Source: a bacterium UBP8_UBA817
Lineage (GTDB): Bacteria; Margulisbacteria; Marinamargulisbacteria; SXXA01; SICP01
Direction: 5' to 3'
Assembly (NCBI GenBank): GCA_945898045.1
Contig: CAMDGG010000005.1
Location: 13,298-77,297, forward strand
DNA length: 64,000 bases
Of this stretch, positions 18,800 to 28,601 are shown in pieces. A program made the translations under genes and the position numbers. Position 1 is the stretch's first letter. Each line of letters opens with the position of its first letter. The notes below the pieces were generated by a model. The model had not been told where the DNA came from. It searched no databases and saw only the letters and a list, made by a program, of their open reading frames with translations.

Positions 18800-19531
18800 A
18801 TGATAAACCTGCACGACGTCACATTCCCCAACCCCGCAGAAAACCTAGCCCTCGACGAAGCCTTACTAAACCATGCGGAAGAAAATATCGGAGAAGAAAG
18901 TCTCCGTTTCTGGGAATCCCCTACCGACTTTATAGTCCTTGGAGTCGGCAACAAAATCGAACAAGAAATTAATTCTGAAGCCTGTATTAAACAGTCTATT
19001 CCTGTTCTCAAACGATGCAGTGGTGGAGGCAGCGTCGTACAAGGCCCAGGATGCCTCAACTACAGCCTTATACTCTCGATTCAAAAACGCCCCCAACTCG
19101 CTGACATCACCAAAACAACGCAATACATTCTGGCTCAATTAAAAGAGGCGCTATCAAAACATTTAGACGGCGTCGACATAAAAGGACAAAGCGATCTTAC
19201 TCTATATAACAAGAAATTTTCAGGAAATGCCCAACGCAGAAAACGACATTACGTATTATTTCATGGCACCTTTTTAATTGATTTTGACATCACAAAAATC
19301 AGCCGTTATCTTGCCCCACCACCCAAACAACCCGAGTATAGACAGAACAGGCCGCACAGCGATTTCGTAACAAATCTACCTATAACAGAAGACATTATTA
19401 AGCAGGCATTAATCCAACAGTGGCACGCAAAAAAAACAAACACAAAGCTACCCCCACTAACATCATTACTTAGTTCAAAATACGCAGACTTGAGACCCGA
19501 AAGCCCCTTTGATATGATACAGACCATATGA
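18800..19531 (+). CDS. lipoate-protein ligase / octanoyltransferase family protein (BPL_LplA_LipB catalytic domain only)
   Basis: 243 aa. Motifs RCSGGGSVVQGPG and the conserved-Lys motif KFSGNAQRR. Divergent from the PDH operon. Confidence 0.7.
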   Translation: MINLHDVTFPNPAENLALDEALLNHAEENIGEESLRFWESPTDFIVLGVGNKIEQEINSEACIKQSIPVLKRCSGGGSVVQGPGCLNYSLILSIQKRPQLADITKTTQYILAQLKEALSKHLDGVDIKGQSDLTLYNKKFSGNAQRRKRHYVLFHGTFLIDFDITKISRYLAPPPKQPEYRQNRPHSDFVTNLPITEDIIKQALIQQWHAKKTNTKLPPLTSLLSSKYADLRPESPFDMIQTI

Positions 19532-20034
19532 TAAAAAAATGCATAACCTTTTTCAAAAAAACGATTGAAAGATTTCGAAAAAAAAATACTCCGCCTTCCC
19601 CATCACCATCCGAACAAGACATTACCTCAGCCCTCAAAACCCTTGCGCCTTCCCATAGAGAAGTACTCATACAAACCGTTAATCTACTCAACAAGTATCG
19701 GGCTATGAAAGAAAAATCAGTTACGACCGAAGACGCTACACCTATTCAATTTCCTAGTACCTGCGCAGTTATTATGGGATTTAAAACCAGCACAAGTTAT
19801 CTCATCCCCAATGTCATCTTAAGTTCTGAAGATCCAGAAAAATTAACTGCCGCACAACTCAGTAGCATTGAACAACCCGAAACCTTGCTCAAACATAGTG
19901 GATTTGAGACCCATGTTTTAAAACCAGAAACATTCCAAGGCTTAGGCTTTTATAAACCCGTCGTCTCTTTTTCAGCGCCACAAAAAACCTTGGGCCCCAT
20001 ACAGTTTTCTTCACAATTTTTTAATCTAAACTAG
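19528..20034 (+). CDS. hypothetical protein
   Basis: 168-aa ORF with an ATGA overlap onto the ligase-like gene, ending 4 nt before tatC. Basic N-terminus and no recognisable motif. Confidence 0.4.
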   Translation: MIKKCITFFKKTIERFRKKNTPPSPSPSEQDITSALKTLAPSHREVLIQTVNLLNKYRAMKEKSVTTEDATPIQFPSTCAVIMGFKTSTSYLIPNVILSSEDPEKLTAAQLSSIEQPETLLKHSGFETHVLKPETFQGLGFYKPVVSFSAPQKTLGPIQFSSQFFNLN

Positions 20035-20038
20035 CAAA

Positions 20039-20785
20039 ATGACATCCACGAACGAACAAACCCTTCCCATTTTACTTCACCTAAAAGAGCTCAGAAAAAG
20101 ACTACTCTGGTGTTTTGGGGCCCTTGCATTTTGTACGATTCCTGCTTTTTTTGTATACGATAACTTCATTAATTTACTAATCGCCCCTTTCGAAAAAATA
20201 GGCATTTTAGCAGGTGGAAAACCCCTCTATATCACCAGCATTTTCGAAGGATTTTTAATGAATTTAAAATACTCTCTTATTCTCGGCGCCATTCTTTCTC
20301 TTCCAGTCCACCTCTATCACATTATTCGCTTCATATTCCCAGGCCTTAAAAAGAAAGAACGCATCGTCATCGCCGTCACGCTACTGTGTAGCACAGCACT
20401 CGCATTACTCAGTCTTTATTTTGTGTATTATTTCATGTTGCCCTTGTCTATTAACATGCTCATGACACGAAGTTTTATACCAGAAAAAGTGGGCCTCATT
20501 CTTAGCTTTCAAAATAGCGTTTCTTATATCTTCGATTTTCTACTTTACGGCATGCTTACCTTTCAATTCCCCATCGTTTTAGAAGTCCTGCTCTATCTCA
20601 ATATCATCAAAAGAAAAACACTCTGGAAAGCCAGTCGATATGTCATTATTTTCATCTTAATTATTGCAGCCATCGTCACCCCACCCGATGCCATTAGCCA
20701 AGTAAGTTTTGCGATTCCCATGATCCTACTTTACTTTTTAACGCTTCTCATCGCTAAAATTTGTAAATTTGGAGAAGGAACATGA
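20039..20785 (+). CDS. tatC: twin-arginine translocase subunit TatC
   Basis: 248 aa, six predicted TM helices, TatC-like N-terminus (LHLKELRKRLLW). Confidence 0.85.
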   Translation: MTSTNEQTLPILLHLKELRKRLLWCFGALAFCTIPAFFVYDNFINLLIAPFEKIGILAGGKPLYITSIFEGFLMNLKYSLILGAILSLPVHLYHIIRFIFPGLKKKERIVIAVTLLCSTALALLSLYFVYYFMLPLSINMLMTRSFIPEKVGLILSFQNSVSYIFDFLLYGMLTFQFPIVLEVLLYLNIIKRKTLWKASRYVIIFILIIAAIVTPPDAISQVSFAIPMILLYFLTLLIAKICKFGEGT

Positions 20786-21021
20786 TCGGCATCAGCGAAC
20801 TCATCATTATCGCGCTGGCCATTATTATTATCTTAAGACCTGAGGACTGGCCTAAACTCGTCTACAAACTTGGGCAATGGTACCAAAACTGGCAACACAC
20901 CTACGCCAACGTCATGAATGACATTCAAGAAGTCAAAGACATGGCCATAGAAAAACACAGCATCTTGGACGAGCCCCAAAATCGCGAGTCTTTCAAACCA
21001 CACGACGACACGCTAAAATAA
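20782..21021 (+). CDS. tatB: TatB-like Tat subunit
   Basis: N-terminal MIGISELIIIALAIIIILRPEDWPKLVYKLGQW parallels the TatB pattern (SELL...GP..LP) and is followed by an amphipathic helix. Confidence 0.6.
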   Translation: MIGISELIIIALAIIIILRPEDWPKLVYKLGQWYQNWQHTYANVMNDIQEVKDMAIEKHSILDEPQNRESFKPHDDTLK

Positions 21022-21054
21022 CAAAAAAATCCCCCCGTAAACAAGGAGCCCCCC

Positions 21055-21225
21055 ATGATCGGAACTACTGAAATTATTGTCATCGCACTCGTTATTTTCG
21101 TCTTATTTGGTGCCGCATCTATTCCTAAGTTTGCTAAATCTTTAGGTCAAGCAAAAGGTGAATTCGAAAAAGGATTTAAAGAAGGCAAGAAAAAAGAAGA
21201 GAACGAAGAAGAGAAAAAAGACTAA
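21055..21225 (+). CDS. tatA: TatA (56 aa, absent from the ORF track because it is under 60 aa)
   Basis: AAGGAG lies 7 nt upstream of the ATG at 21055. Product MIGTTEIIVIALVIFVLFGAASIPKFAKSLGQAKGEFEKGFKEGKKKEENEEEKKD has the TatA TM-FG hinge and amphipathic helix. Confidence 0.7.
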   Translation: MIGTTEIIVIALVIFVLFGAASIPKFAKSLGQAKGEFEKGFKEGKKKEENEEEKKD

Positions 21226-21226
21226 T

Positions 21227-22378
21227 TTACGAAGCGGCGGTCGTCACCAAAATCTGATAGGCCGCCTCTAAAAGAGAGACATTTTCAACAGATACTATGT
21301 CATCAGATCCAGCATCTAACACATAAAACGAACGACGATCTGCACCCACCATTTCTGACGTATTCGCAATAATATAATCCAAATTTTTTCGCACCAACTT
21401 CCCACGTGCCACTTCCAACAAATCCCGATCTTCCAAACAGAACCCTACAATCGTCCGATTTCCTTTTTGCGCCGCCAAAGCAGACACCAAATCAGGCGTC
21501 GCTTTCAAATTCAAAGAAAGACCATCCGTACGTTTCAGTTTTTGCTCCGTCCTCTCCACCGTGAAATCAGACACCGCAGCAGCCATATAAAGAGAGCTAC
21601 ACCAAGGCATCGCAGCCTCAAGCGCCAAACCCATCTCCTCGACAGTATCCACATGACGATACGCTACGCCAGGATGCTTAACAGGAACAGTTCCAACAAC
21701 CTGTACTTCCGCACCAAAAAAAGCGGCTAAGATAGCCAACATCGAACCCAGTTTCCCCGTAGACCGATTCGTCAAAACCCGCATGCTGTCCAAAGGCTCT
21801 CGCGTCCCGCCCAACGAAATCAAAAACCGCTGACCAGCCAACTCCAACCTAGGAAAAAATAAAGCCTGAACCGCAAGTAAAATCAAATCAGGTTCGACCA
21901 TACGACCAATACCCACATCCCCACAAGCCAGTTCACCCGACTCAGGCCCTAGAAACAACACCCCACGACGCTTCAACGATGCCACATGTTCCTGAACAAT
22001 CGGATTCTGCCACATCTGCACATGCATCGCAGGCACCACCAGCTTAGGTCCTGTAAACGATAGAAACACAGTAGACAACACATCATCAGCCAACCCTAAG
22101 GAAAACTTAGCAATCATATTGGCAGTTGCCGGAGCGACAACCAACACATCGGCCTCTCGCTCTAGTTGCAAATGCGGAATGTCACCAGAAAAGAAGTTTT
22201 CTTGAGTCAGAACAGACTCTTCAGAAACCGTAGAAAGTGTAAGCGGCGTTACAAATTGCAACGCACTCTGAGACACAATCGGCGTCACCAAAAAACCAGC
22301 CTGACGAAGCAAACGGACAATTAAAGGAGATTTGTATGCCGCTATACTACCGGATATCCCCAGAAGCACTCGCGCCAT
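21227..22378 (-). CDS. coaBC: bifunctional phosphopantothenoylcysteine decarboxylase/synthetase
   Basis: 383 aa. Flavoprotein N-terminus (GISGSIAAYK), a CoaB-like C-terminal half, and the conserved gmk-rpoZ-coaBC context. Confidence 0.85.
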   Translation of the reverse strand: MARVLLGISGSIAAYKSPLIVRLLRQAGFLVTPIVSQSALQFVTPLTLSTVSEESVLTQENFFSGDIPHLQLEREADVLVVAPATANMIAKFSLGLADDVLSTVFLSFTGPKLVVPAMHVQMWQNPIVQEHVASLKRRGVLFLGPESGELACGDVGIGRMVEPDLILLAVQALFFPRLELAGQRFLISLGGTREPLDSMRVLTNRSTGKLGSMLAILAAFFGAEVQVVGTVPVKHPGVAYRHVDTVEEMGLALEAAMPWCSSLYMAAAVSDFTVERTEQKLKRTDGLSLNLKATPDLVSALAAQKGNRTIVGFCLEDRDLLEVARGKLVRKNLDYIIANTSEMVGADRRSFYVLDAGSDDIVSVENVSLLEAAYQILVTTAAS

Positions 22379-22390
22379 AAAACGTCTCTA

Positions 22391-22783
22391 TTAAACCCCT
22401 AAAGACTTTTTAGACTTCGCTTTTTCTTTAACTACTTTTTCTTTAACCGCTGGCACTTTTTTCTCTTCGTCGAATTGAATCGCTTCTTCCATTTCGGCCT
22501 CTAGCAATTGATCCATTTCTTCTAAAAGCTCATCCTGAGCATCTTTCTTTTCTTTAATAATAATGTGGATTTTATCCAAAGAAATTTCTTGAAGAGCTGT
22601 TTCGATAGGTAGAATTTCAGCTTGCTTATTATAAGGAACCAAAGGCTTCACGCCATCTTTCAACTGTTTGGCACGCTTTGCAACTGCAACTGAAAGTAAA
22701 AAGCGATTTGGAATCCGTTGATCCAAACTCTGAGGTAACCCGTCCAATGTTAAATTAGATTTCTTTTGCACTTTAATAGCCAT
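22391..22783 (-). CDS. rpoZ: RNA polymerase omega subunit with an extended acidic/lysine-rich C-terminus
   Basis: NRFLLSVAVAKRAKQL core. Start refined to the ATG at MAIKVQ, which has AAGGAG 8 nt upstream. Confidence 0.75.
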   Translation of the reverse strand: MAIKVQKKSNLTLDGLPQSLDQRIPNRFLLSVAVAKRAKQLKDGVKPLVPYNKQAEILPIETALQEISLDKIHIIIKEKKDAQDELLEEMDQLLEAEMEEAIQFDEEKKVPAVKEKVVKEKAKSKKSLGV

Positions 22784-22785
22784 AT

Positions 22786-23364
22786 TCAAGACTCCTTTTG
22801 GTTCAATGTATCTATGATTGAAATTAACTCTTGAACTGCATCTTCAATCACTTCATTCACAACAACATAATCATATAAATGTTGTTCTTTCAGTTCTTGA
22901 GAGGCTGTCTTGAGTCGCCGAGCTAACGTTGTTTCATCTTCCGTATCTCGCTGTCTAAGCCGATTAAGTAATGCTAATTCGGAAGGAGGTGCAATAAAAA
23001 TACTAACCAAACGATCAAACTGAGAAAGCACCTTTTTGGCACCTTGTGTATCTATTTCAAGAAGCACATTGTCCCCTGCAAGCACCGTCTTGTCAATTTC
23101 TTGCTTAAGAGTCCCATAAAGATTGCCATGGACTTCACACCATTCCACAAATTCAGAACGCGCAACCCGCGCCATAAACTCTTCACGAGACATAAAATAG
23201 TAATCCACACCCGAAACCTCACCAAAACGAGGCAATCGTGTTGTAGCAGACACCCCCAATTTCAACCCAGGCCGACACAAAATCAACTTGGAAATCAACG
23301 TCCCCTTCCCAACACCTGAAGGGCCAGAAATAACAATTACGGCCCCTTGCTTTTTTTTTAGCAA
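22786..23364 (-). CDS. gmk: guanylate kinase
   Basis: P-loop GPSGVGKGT and GMP-binding TTR. The start appears to be a TTG. Confidence 0.9.
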   Translation of the reverse strand: MLKKKQGAVIVISGPSGVGKGTLISKLILCRPGLKLGVSATTRLPRFGEVSGVDYYFMSREEFMARVARSEFVEWCEVHGNLYGTLKQEIDKTVLAGDNVLLEIDTQGAKKVLSQFDRLVSIFIAPPSELALLNRLRQRDTEDETTLARRLKTASQELKEQHLYDYVVVNEVIEDAVQELISIIDTLNQKES

Positions 23365-23372
23365 CTTAAATT

Positions 23373-23909
23373 CTAGAAACTATATCCAAAATTCACACCA
23401 ATATTGGGTAGAAAGCCTGAAATATTTAAAGATTCGCTAACTGAATCAGCTACCACTGTCTTTTTAACGGGAGACACAAAATAGATAAATCCTATCGTGG
23501 ACGATACAACTAAGTTTTCGCCAATACGCCCTTGAGAACCCAATTTAAAATCTAAACCAATTGCGTGATTATCCTTCCCTAATAACGAAGGAGAAGAATA
23601 GCTTGCATTTAAATAAGAAACCCCTACAGCATAAAACAACCCTAATTGATCTGCCTTTTCATACTCCCTAAACAAAAATCTTAAGTTTGAAAGAGACGAA
23701 CTGGTATCTGAAAAGGACTCCTTACCTGATGCCACCCAATAGTCTACAGAAATAGCTTTTCGATCAGAAATAGCTCTTTCATATTCTAATCCTCGAAATC
23801 CGACCACATCCCCCAGAACATTCGTTCTCAAGATATTTTCATGTGCGAATACACTCTTAACATTCAATAGAGTAAAACCAACCATAAGTAACAACAAAAA
23901 CTTTTTCAT
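23373..23909 (-). CDS. small outer-membrane beta-barrel protein
   Basis: Signal peptide MKKFLLLLMVGFTLLNVKSVFA, alternating beta pattern, C-terminal ...NFGYSF. GGAG sits upstream of the ATG. Confidence 0.5.
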   Translation of the reverse strand: MKKFLLLLMVGFTLLNVKSVFAHENILRTNVLGDVVGFRGLEYERAISDRKAISVDYWVASGKESFSDTSSSLSNLRFLFREYEKADQLGLFYAVGVSYLNASYSSPSLLGKDNHAIGLDFKLGSQGRIGENLVVSSTIGFIYFVSPVKKTVVADSVSESLNISGFLPNIGVNFGYSF

Positions 23910-24108
23910 TTAAATCTCCATTCATTTTATTTTAAGATAATAAAAACCATAAAAGTATCAATATTCATGCAAAACGTACAGAGTATGGAAATAAAATCAT
24001 TCCGTTTATTCTTTAGTCTCGACATAGCAAACTCTGTATACCTCTGCTCACAAATCAATTAAATCATGTTAAGATTATAAAAAAATAAACCAAAATAAGG
24101 AGCCCTAA

Positions 24109-26028
24109 ATGGCACATTATTTAGAAACTTTAGTAGGATTGGTATGGAATTATCCCGTTGTTATTTTATGCTTAGCCACCAGCGTTTTTTTTACACTCCG
24201 CCTTCGATTTGTCCAATGGCGACACATTCCCCACACATTGGCACTCATTACCAAAAAATATAATGACCCAAGCCAACCAGGTGAAACCACACATTTTCAA
24301 GCATTAACAACAGCACTATCGGGCACAGTTGGACTTGGTAGTATCACAGGCGTTGCTATTGCCATTGGTATCGGTGGACCTGGCGCCATTTTCTGGATGT
24401 GGGTTGTTGGCTTTTTAGGGATGGCCACCAAATATGCAGAAGTTACCCTCAGCAGCCACTATAAAGAAGTCAATGCCGAAACAGGCGAAGTGCGAGGCGG
24501 CCCCATGTATTACATGTCCAAAGGCCTTGGCCCCAAATGGAAATGGATGGCCGCACTATACAGTCTTTTGATTGGTATCGGCGCGTTTGGTGCAGGAAAT
24601 ATATTCCAAACCAACCAAGCCGTGCGGGCACTCCATAACTCATTTGGCATCCCTACCCTGGCACTCGCTATTTTGATGGCTGCACTCGTAGGTTTTGTCA
24701 TCATCGGTGGCCTTACACGCATTTCAAAAGTAGCCACCCGAATTGTACCATTTATGTGCATCACCTATCTTGCAAGCGCGCTTATTATTTGTCTTCTTAA
24801 TATCACCCATTTACCCTTTGTAATCACCACTATTTTTACAGACGCCTTTACAGGAAACGCTGTCGCTGGTGGATTGATTGGCAGTATGGTTATCGCAGGA
24901 GTAAGACGTGCGGTATTCTCTAGTGAATCAGGACTTGGCTCAGCATCAATTGCACACGCAACAGCCAAAACGGCGCATCCGGTCAGACAAGGTTTAGTTT
25001 CCACTATAGAACCTTTTGTAAACACAATTTTAATCTGTACGGCTACAGCGATTGTTATCGTATTAAGTGGCAACTATGGTAGCGAAATTTTCCAAAAAGC
25101 AGCTAATCAAGAAATCAGATTTAGCCCGGACAATGCACAAGTCGCAACCCTAGATCTCGGCAACAAGTGGCAAGTAACCAGTGAAAACATACCCTTAAGC
25201 ACTGAAAAACTACGTCGCTTTCGTTCCGGAAAATATGCCCTAGAATATGAAAATACAGGTCGCAGAAATACCATGATCACTTTACCCGAATTATCCCTCG
25301 TCTCAACTCAAAACTCACAAAATCTACACGATGGCGTCCGTTTCTCATACTTCAGAGAATCGGGAGATATGCAAGTTAATGTATTGGATTCACGTGGTTT
25401 AGGATTGGTCACGCTAGAACTAAGTGAAGATGGCGAGATCACACAAATCGATCCCAAAACAGATCAAGTGACACACATCGTAGACATCAGCGGAAAATTA
25501 GTAACCGGGAAATGGCAAAGCATCGTCTTAAAATTCCCAAAAGAACTTAAAGAAAACATGAGTACAGAAAAACGCGCATTCGACACAGTTCGCCTCCAAT
25601 TTGTACCCAAAGGCAAAAATGTTCACTGGTATCTCGATCGTATTCAAACAGTAGACCAAGTAGAAGGCATGGAGCTCACCGTCCGTTCCTTCGACAAATT
25701 CTTCTTAGGGTTTGGATCGGTATTTATTACATTATCCGTCTTCTTATTCGCCTTCACAACAGTAATCACTTGGTACTATTACGGCGAAACAGCCATGTTC
25801 TATCTTTTCAAAAAACACAGCATTCTGCCCTACAAAGCCCTTTTCATTGGCGCTGTATTCTTAGGATCGCTTCTCAGCCTCACCACCGTCCTTAATGTTG
25901 CAGATATTTTTGTAGGCCTTATGGTAATACCCAACACCATTGCACTCTTTATGCTATCAGGCAAAATTTCAGAATTAACCAAAGATTATTTTAGAAATCT
26001 AAAAGATGAAGAAGGGTTTGGACACTAA
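24109..26028 (+). CDS. alanine/glycine:cation symporter (AGCS) family transporter with a large loop insertion
   Basis: GGPGAIFWMW...GMATKYAE, ESGLGSASIAHA and FAFTTVITWYYYGE. At 639 aa it exceeds my recollection of roughly 450-500 aa for the family. AAGGAG sits upstream. Confidence 0.85.
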   Translation: MAHYLETLVGLVWNYPVVILCLATSVFFTLRLRFVQWRHIPHTLALITKKYNDPSQPGETTHFQALTTALSGTVGLGSITGVAIAIGIGGPGAIFWMWVVGFLGMATKYAEVTLSSHYKEVNAETGEVRGGPMYYMSKGLGPKWKWMAALYSLLIGIGAFGAGNIFQTNQAVRALHNSFGIPTLALAILMAALVGFVIIGGLTRISKVATRIVPFMCITYLASALIICLLNITHLPFVITTIFTDAFTGNAVAGGLIGSMVIAGVRRAVFSSESGLGSASIAHATAKTAHPVRQGLVSTIEPFVNTILICTATAIVIVLSGNYGSEIFQKAANQEIRFSPDNAQVATLDLGNKWQVTSENIPLSTEKLRRFRSGKYALEYENTGRRNTMITLPELSLVSTQNSQNLHDGVRFSYFRESGDMQVNVLDSRGLGLVTLELSEDGEITQIDPKTDQVTHIVDISGKLVTGKWQSIVLKFPKELKENMSTEKRAFDTVRLQFVPKGKNVHWYLDRIQTVDQVEGMELTVRSFDKFFLGFGSVFITLSVFLFAFTTVITWYYYGETAMFYLFKKHSILPYKALFIGAVFLGSLLSLTTVLNVADIFVGLMVIPNTIALFMLSGKISELTKDYFRNLKDEEGFGH

Positions 26029-26113
26029 ACTGTAAACTGAACTTTTCGATACATAAAAGAAAGAATTTTCATCGATAAAATCCAGAGACCTTTAAAAGAA
26101 TGTGGAGTTTATC

Positions 26114-27004
26114 ATGAAAAAAAACATACTAAGAATTTTAATGATATGCGGCTTATGTGCCATAACAGCCTGCGGCCGCATTTCTAATTTTTCAAAAAGT
26201 GAAATGCAGTCGTCCGATCTAACCCGATTGACAGATAAAAGCTTCAATATACAAGGCGAGTCACTCCCAGAAATACCTAATTTCAGCGTCACGACAGCAA
26301 ACTATCCTGCGATTTCAGAAATTTCAGCAGAAAGAGACTTTGGTCTAGTAGTGAGTAATTTTGATAGTGATACCATTTTTAATAACGGGGTAAGCGAACA
26401 AACTTACTTTAGAAACCACGAAATACTTTTAACACATCTCAACACAAGTTGGCTTCCAGATTCATCCGCAAGTTTTTACATTCGTTATTATACAAACCCA
26501 AATGATCCAGAATCTCTCAAGTACAAGTTGAAAATCTTTACTTCGTGTTCAAATATAATAAATCCCCCGGTAACAACATCATGGGTCGCACAAAATAAAA
26601 CCAATCAAATTTTAGAAAGTGGCTCACGCGAAGTTCAAGATATAAATAATCGCAACACTACCCAAAAAAAAGTTCTGGGAAATTTTTACAATACTGACTA
26701 CACAACAACCTACAATCTATCCATTAACAAAGAAACGGATCAAATCACATCAGGAAATGTAGTCATACAATATGGGGACATAGGCAACTATTACGCACGC
26801 TTTGATATTACCAACATTACCGATTCAAGCATGCCATTTACACTAACTAATGCCAACGGTATCTACGTCGGTACTTTTCAGAAAGAAGACCATTTTTACA
26901 TCGCAAATCTCTATCAAAGTCCAAAGAAATCAGAAGACCCTCCCGTCGCCAAGATTTCTATAGACCTACTAAATCATAACAAAATGACCGTAACCCCATT
27001 ATAA
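26114..27004 (+). CDS. lipoprotein, N/T/S-rich, unknown function
   Basis: MKKNILRILMICGLCAITAC looks like a lipobox. Start refined to the ATG at 26114, with GGAG 6 nt upstream, because the track start is a GTG. Confidence 0.5.
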   Translation: MKKNILRILMICGLCAITACGRISNFSKSEMQSSDLTRLTDKSFNIQGESLPEIPNFSVTTANYPAISEISAERDFGLVVSNFDSDTIFNNGVSEQTYFRNHEILLTHLNTSWLPDSSASFYIRYYTNPNDPESLKYKLKIFTSCSNIINPPVTTSWVAQNKTNQILESGSREVQDINNRNTTQKKVLGNFYNTDYTTTYNLSINKETDQITSGNVVIQYGDIGNYYARFDITNITDSSMPFTLTNANGIYVGTFQKEDHFYIANLYQSPKKSEDPPVAKISIDLLNHNKMTVTPL

Positions 27005-27014
27005 ATTATTTGAT

Positions 27015-27539
27015 CTAGATACTGACCGTAAGATAAAAGAAAATCAGGGCTGACGGATCGTAGGTCGTGACATTTAATTGTACGTATTTATCAAACAAAA
27101 ACGTACCGATACCCACACTACCAACAGGAAAAAAATCGCTCCGCCTCGCCAATAAACCTTGCTCATCATAACCGACTCGATTTAGATACCCACCACCCAT
27201 TGAAACATCAGTATAAACATTAGACAGCAGTTGATGCTTCCAACGCAATTGACCTAATAAATAGCAAAAACCATATCCCCCACAATCAAAAAAGAATCCA
27301 CTCTTCAATAAAGGGTAAATACCCTCAGAAATAACTAAAGGTCGAAAATCATATCCCAATCCAATCCCAGGATTAAACACCTTAATCGCACCCGAATCTA
27401 ACCGAAGAGGCGACAACTTAGGCTCTGAAATCTGCACAAAATGATACGACAACCCAGGAAAATCCAACTCGAAATTGCCAGCATAGACAACCGAAGAAAG
27501 AAGGCCAAATAAAACCAACACTAACCGAAACAACATCAT
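27015..27539 (-). CDS. secreted or outer-membrane beta-rich protein, unknown function
   Basis: Signal peptide MMLFRLVLVLFGLLSSVVYA and a Gly/aromatic-rich beta pattern. Any PagL-like resemblance is only impressionistic. Confidence 0.35.
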   Translation of the reverse strand: MMLFRLVLVLFGLLSSVVYAGNFELDFPGLSYHFVQISEPKLSPLRLDSGAIKVFNPGIGLGYDFRPLVISEGIYPLLKSGFFFDCGGYGFCYLLGQLRWKHQLLSNVYTDVSMGGGYLNRVGYDEQGLLARRSDFFPVGSVGIGTFLFDKYVQLNVTTYDPSALIFFYLTVSI

Positions 27540-27564
27540 GCAGCCTTTCCCTCTACCAGAAATT

Positions 27565-28440
27565 CTAGGAAGCCTCCATACCAGGCAAGTCTTGAATCAC
27601 TGGAGAAAAAACTCCAAATGCTTCCTTCATAAAACTCTCAAATTTTTCAAATATTTCAGTCATGGCGTCAGGCACACCACATTTTAGCCCTAGTTCTTTA
27701 ACAAGAGACTCCGCCTCAGTACCTTTAAACTGCTTTTGATCTCTAAAGCTGTCTTTAGCCGCCCAAATTTGGTCTAAGGAAAACATCATTTTTTCATGAA
27801 AACAAACAAAAAACGCGGCAAGTACATGTTTAGCATCATAAGAGGGAATTACACCTTTAGCAGTAGAATCAGTTAAATTGTATTCAAGATTCCTCAAGAA
27901 AACCCTACTAAAATCAGAATACGCCTGGCCGGAATAATCTATATAACGACTGGAAATTTCAAAATGGAAAATATCGTGGCTCATAAACTGAGGAGGAGTA
28001 AGTGAGTGTCCATGCGCCTCTACATTCTCATTAGGAGTCCCGACCAACCAAATACCGCAAAGTGCCGCGATCGCAATATCAACGCCCGTTATTTCATCAG
28101 AAACTGGCAAAAATAGTACCCCCGAAATCATATCAATGTCATTCAGAACACCTTTAAATTCTTCAACTTGGTCTGTCTTGAATTTTTTAGAAATAAGATA
28201 CTGAAATCTTTTTTCCTGACTAGAACATTTTGGGCTAGGACTCTCCAGATTTGTTTCACTCCAAAAATGAGCATCAATATCAAAAGGAGTATAAAAAGAA
28301 GTGTTTTTTGAACGGGCAGCACTTATCAAAGCGGCAACTTTAGGAGTACACAACTTTAATGTATTCGGAATACTAGCAGGATCTGTCCAGTCAGTTTGAG
28401 GAATGATGGGTCGCAAAGCAATAAGTTTAAAACAGGTCAT
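27565..28440 (-). CDS. hypothetical protein
   Basis: 291-aa ORF with AGGAG 5 nt upstream of the ATG. AT-rich. No secure motif. Confidence 0.4.
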   Translation of the reverse strand: MTCFKLIALRPIIPQTDWTDPASIPNTLKLCTPKVAALISAARSKNTSFYTPFDIDAHFWSETNLESPSPKCSSQEKRFQYLISKKFKTDQVEEFKGVLNDIDMISGVLFLPVSDEITGVDIAIAALCGIWLVGTPNENVEAHGHSLTPPQFMSHDIFHFEISSRYIDYSGQAYSDFSRVFLRNLEYNLTDSTAKGVIPSYDAKHVLAAFFVCFHEKMMFSLDQIWAAKDSFRDQKQFKGTEAESLVKELGLKCGVPDAMTEIFEKFESFMKEAFGVFSPVIQDLPGMEAS

Positions 28441-28601
28441 AACTACTCCTATAGCTTAAAAAAAATCTTATTATTCATAGAACTACCCAAATTATCGAAA
28501 AAATATACAAAATTTTGCATTTATTTTTTCTCATGCTTATAAAAAAGCACTCATATCTAAAAAACTGATTCTAGTTTCAAGAGGATAGTACTGTTGATGA
28601 T

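Noticed and set aside
23910-24108. Possible glycine riboswitch or other leader upstream of the AGCS transporter
   Set aside because: I looked for the conserved GGAGAG and ACCGAAGGGGCAA-type cores and found none. Only an 8-bp inverted repeat is present (TACAGAGT at 23977-23984 and ACTCTGTA at 24031-24038), which is weak in AT-rich DNA.
27565-28440. Cys...His (ALCGIW ... AHGHS) and H-x12-HD strings suggesting a papain-like or HD-domain enzyme
   Set aside because: The Cys-His spacing of about 22 residues does not fit papain-like folds. The HD string lacks the flanking conserved His and Asp pattern. The gene is left as hypothetical.
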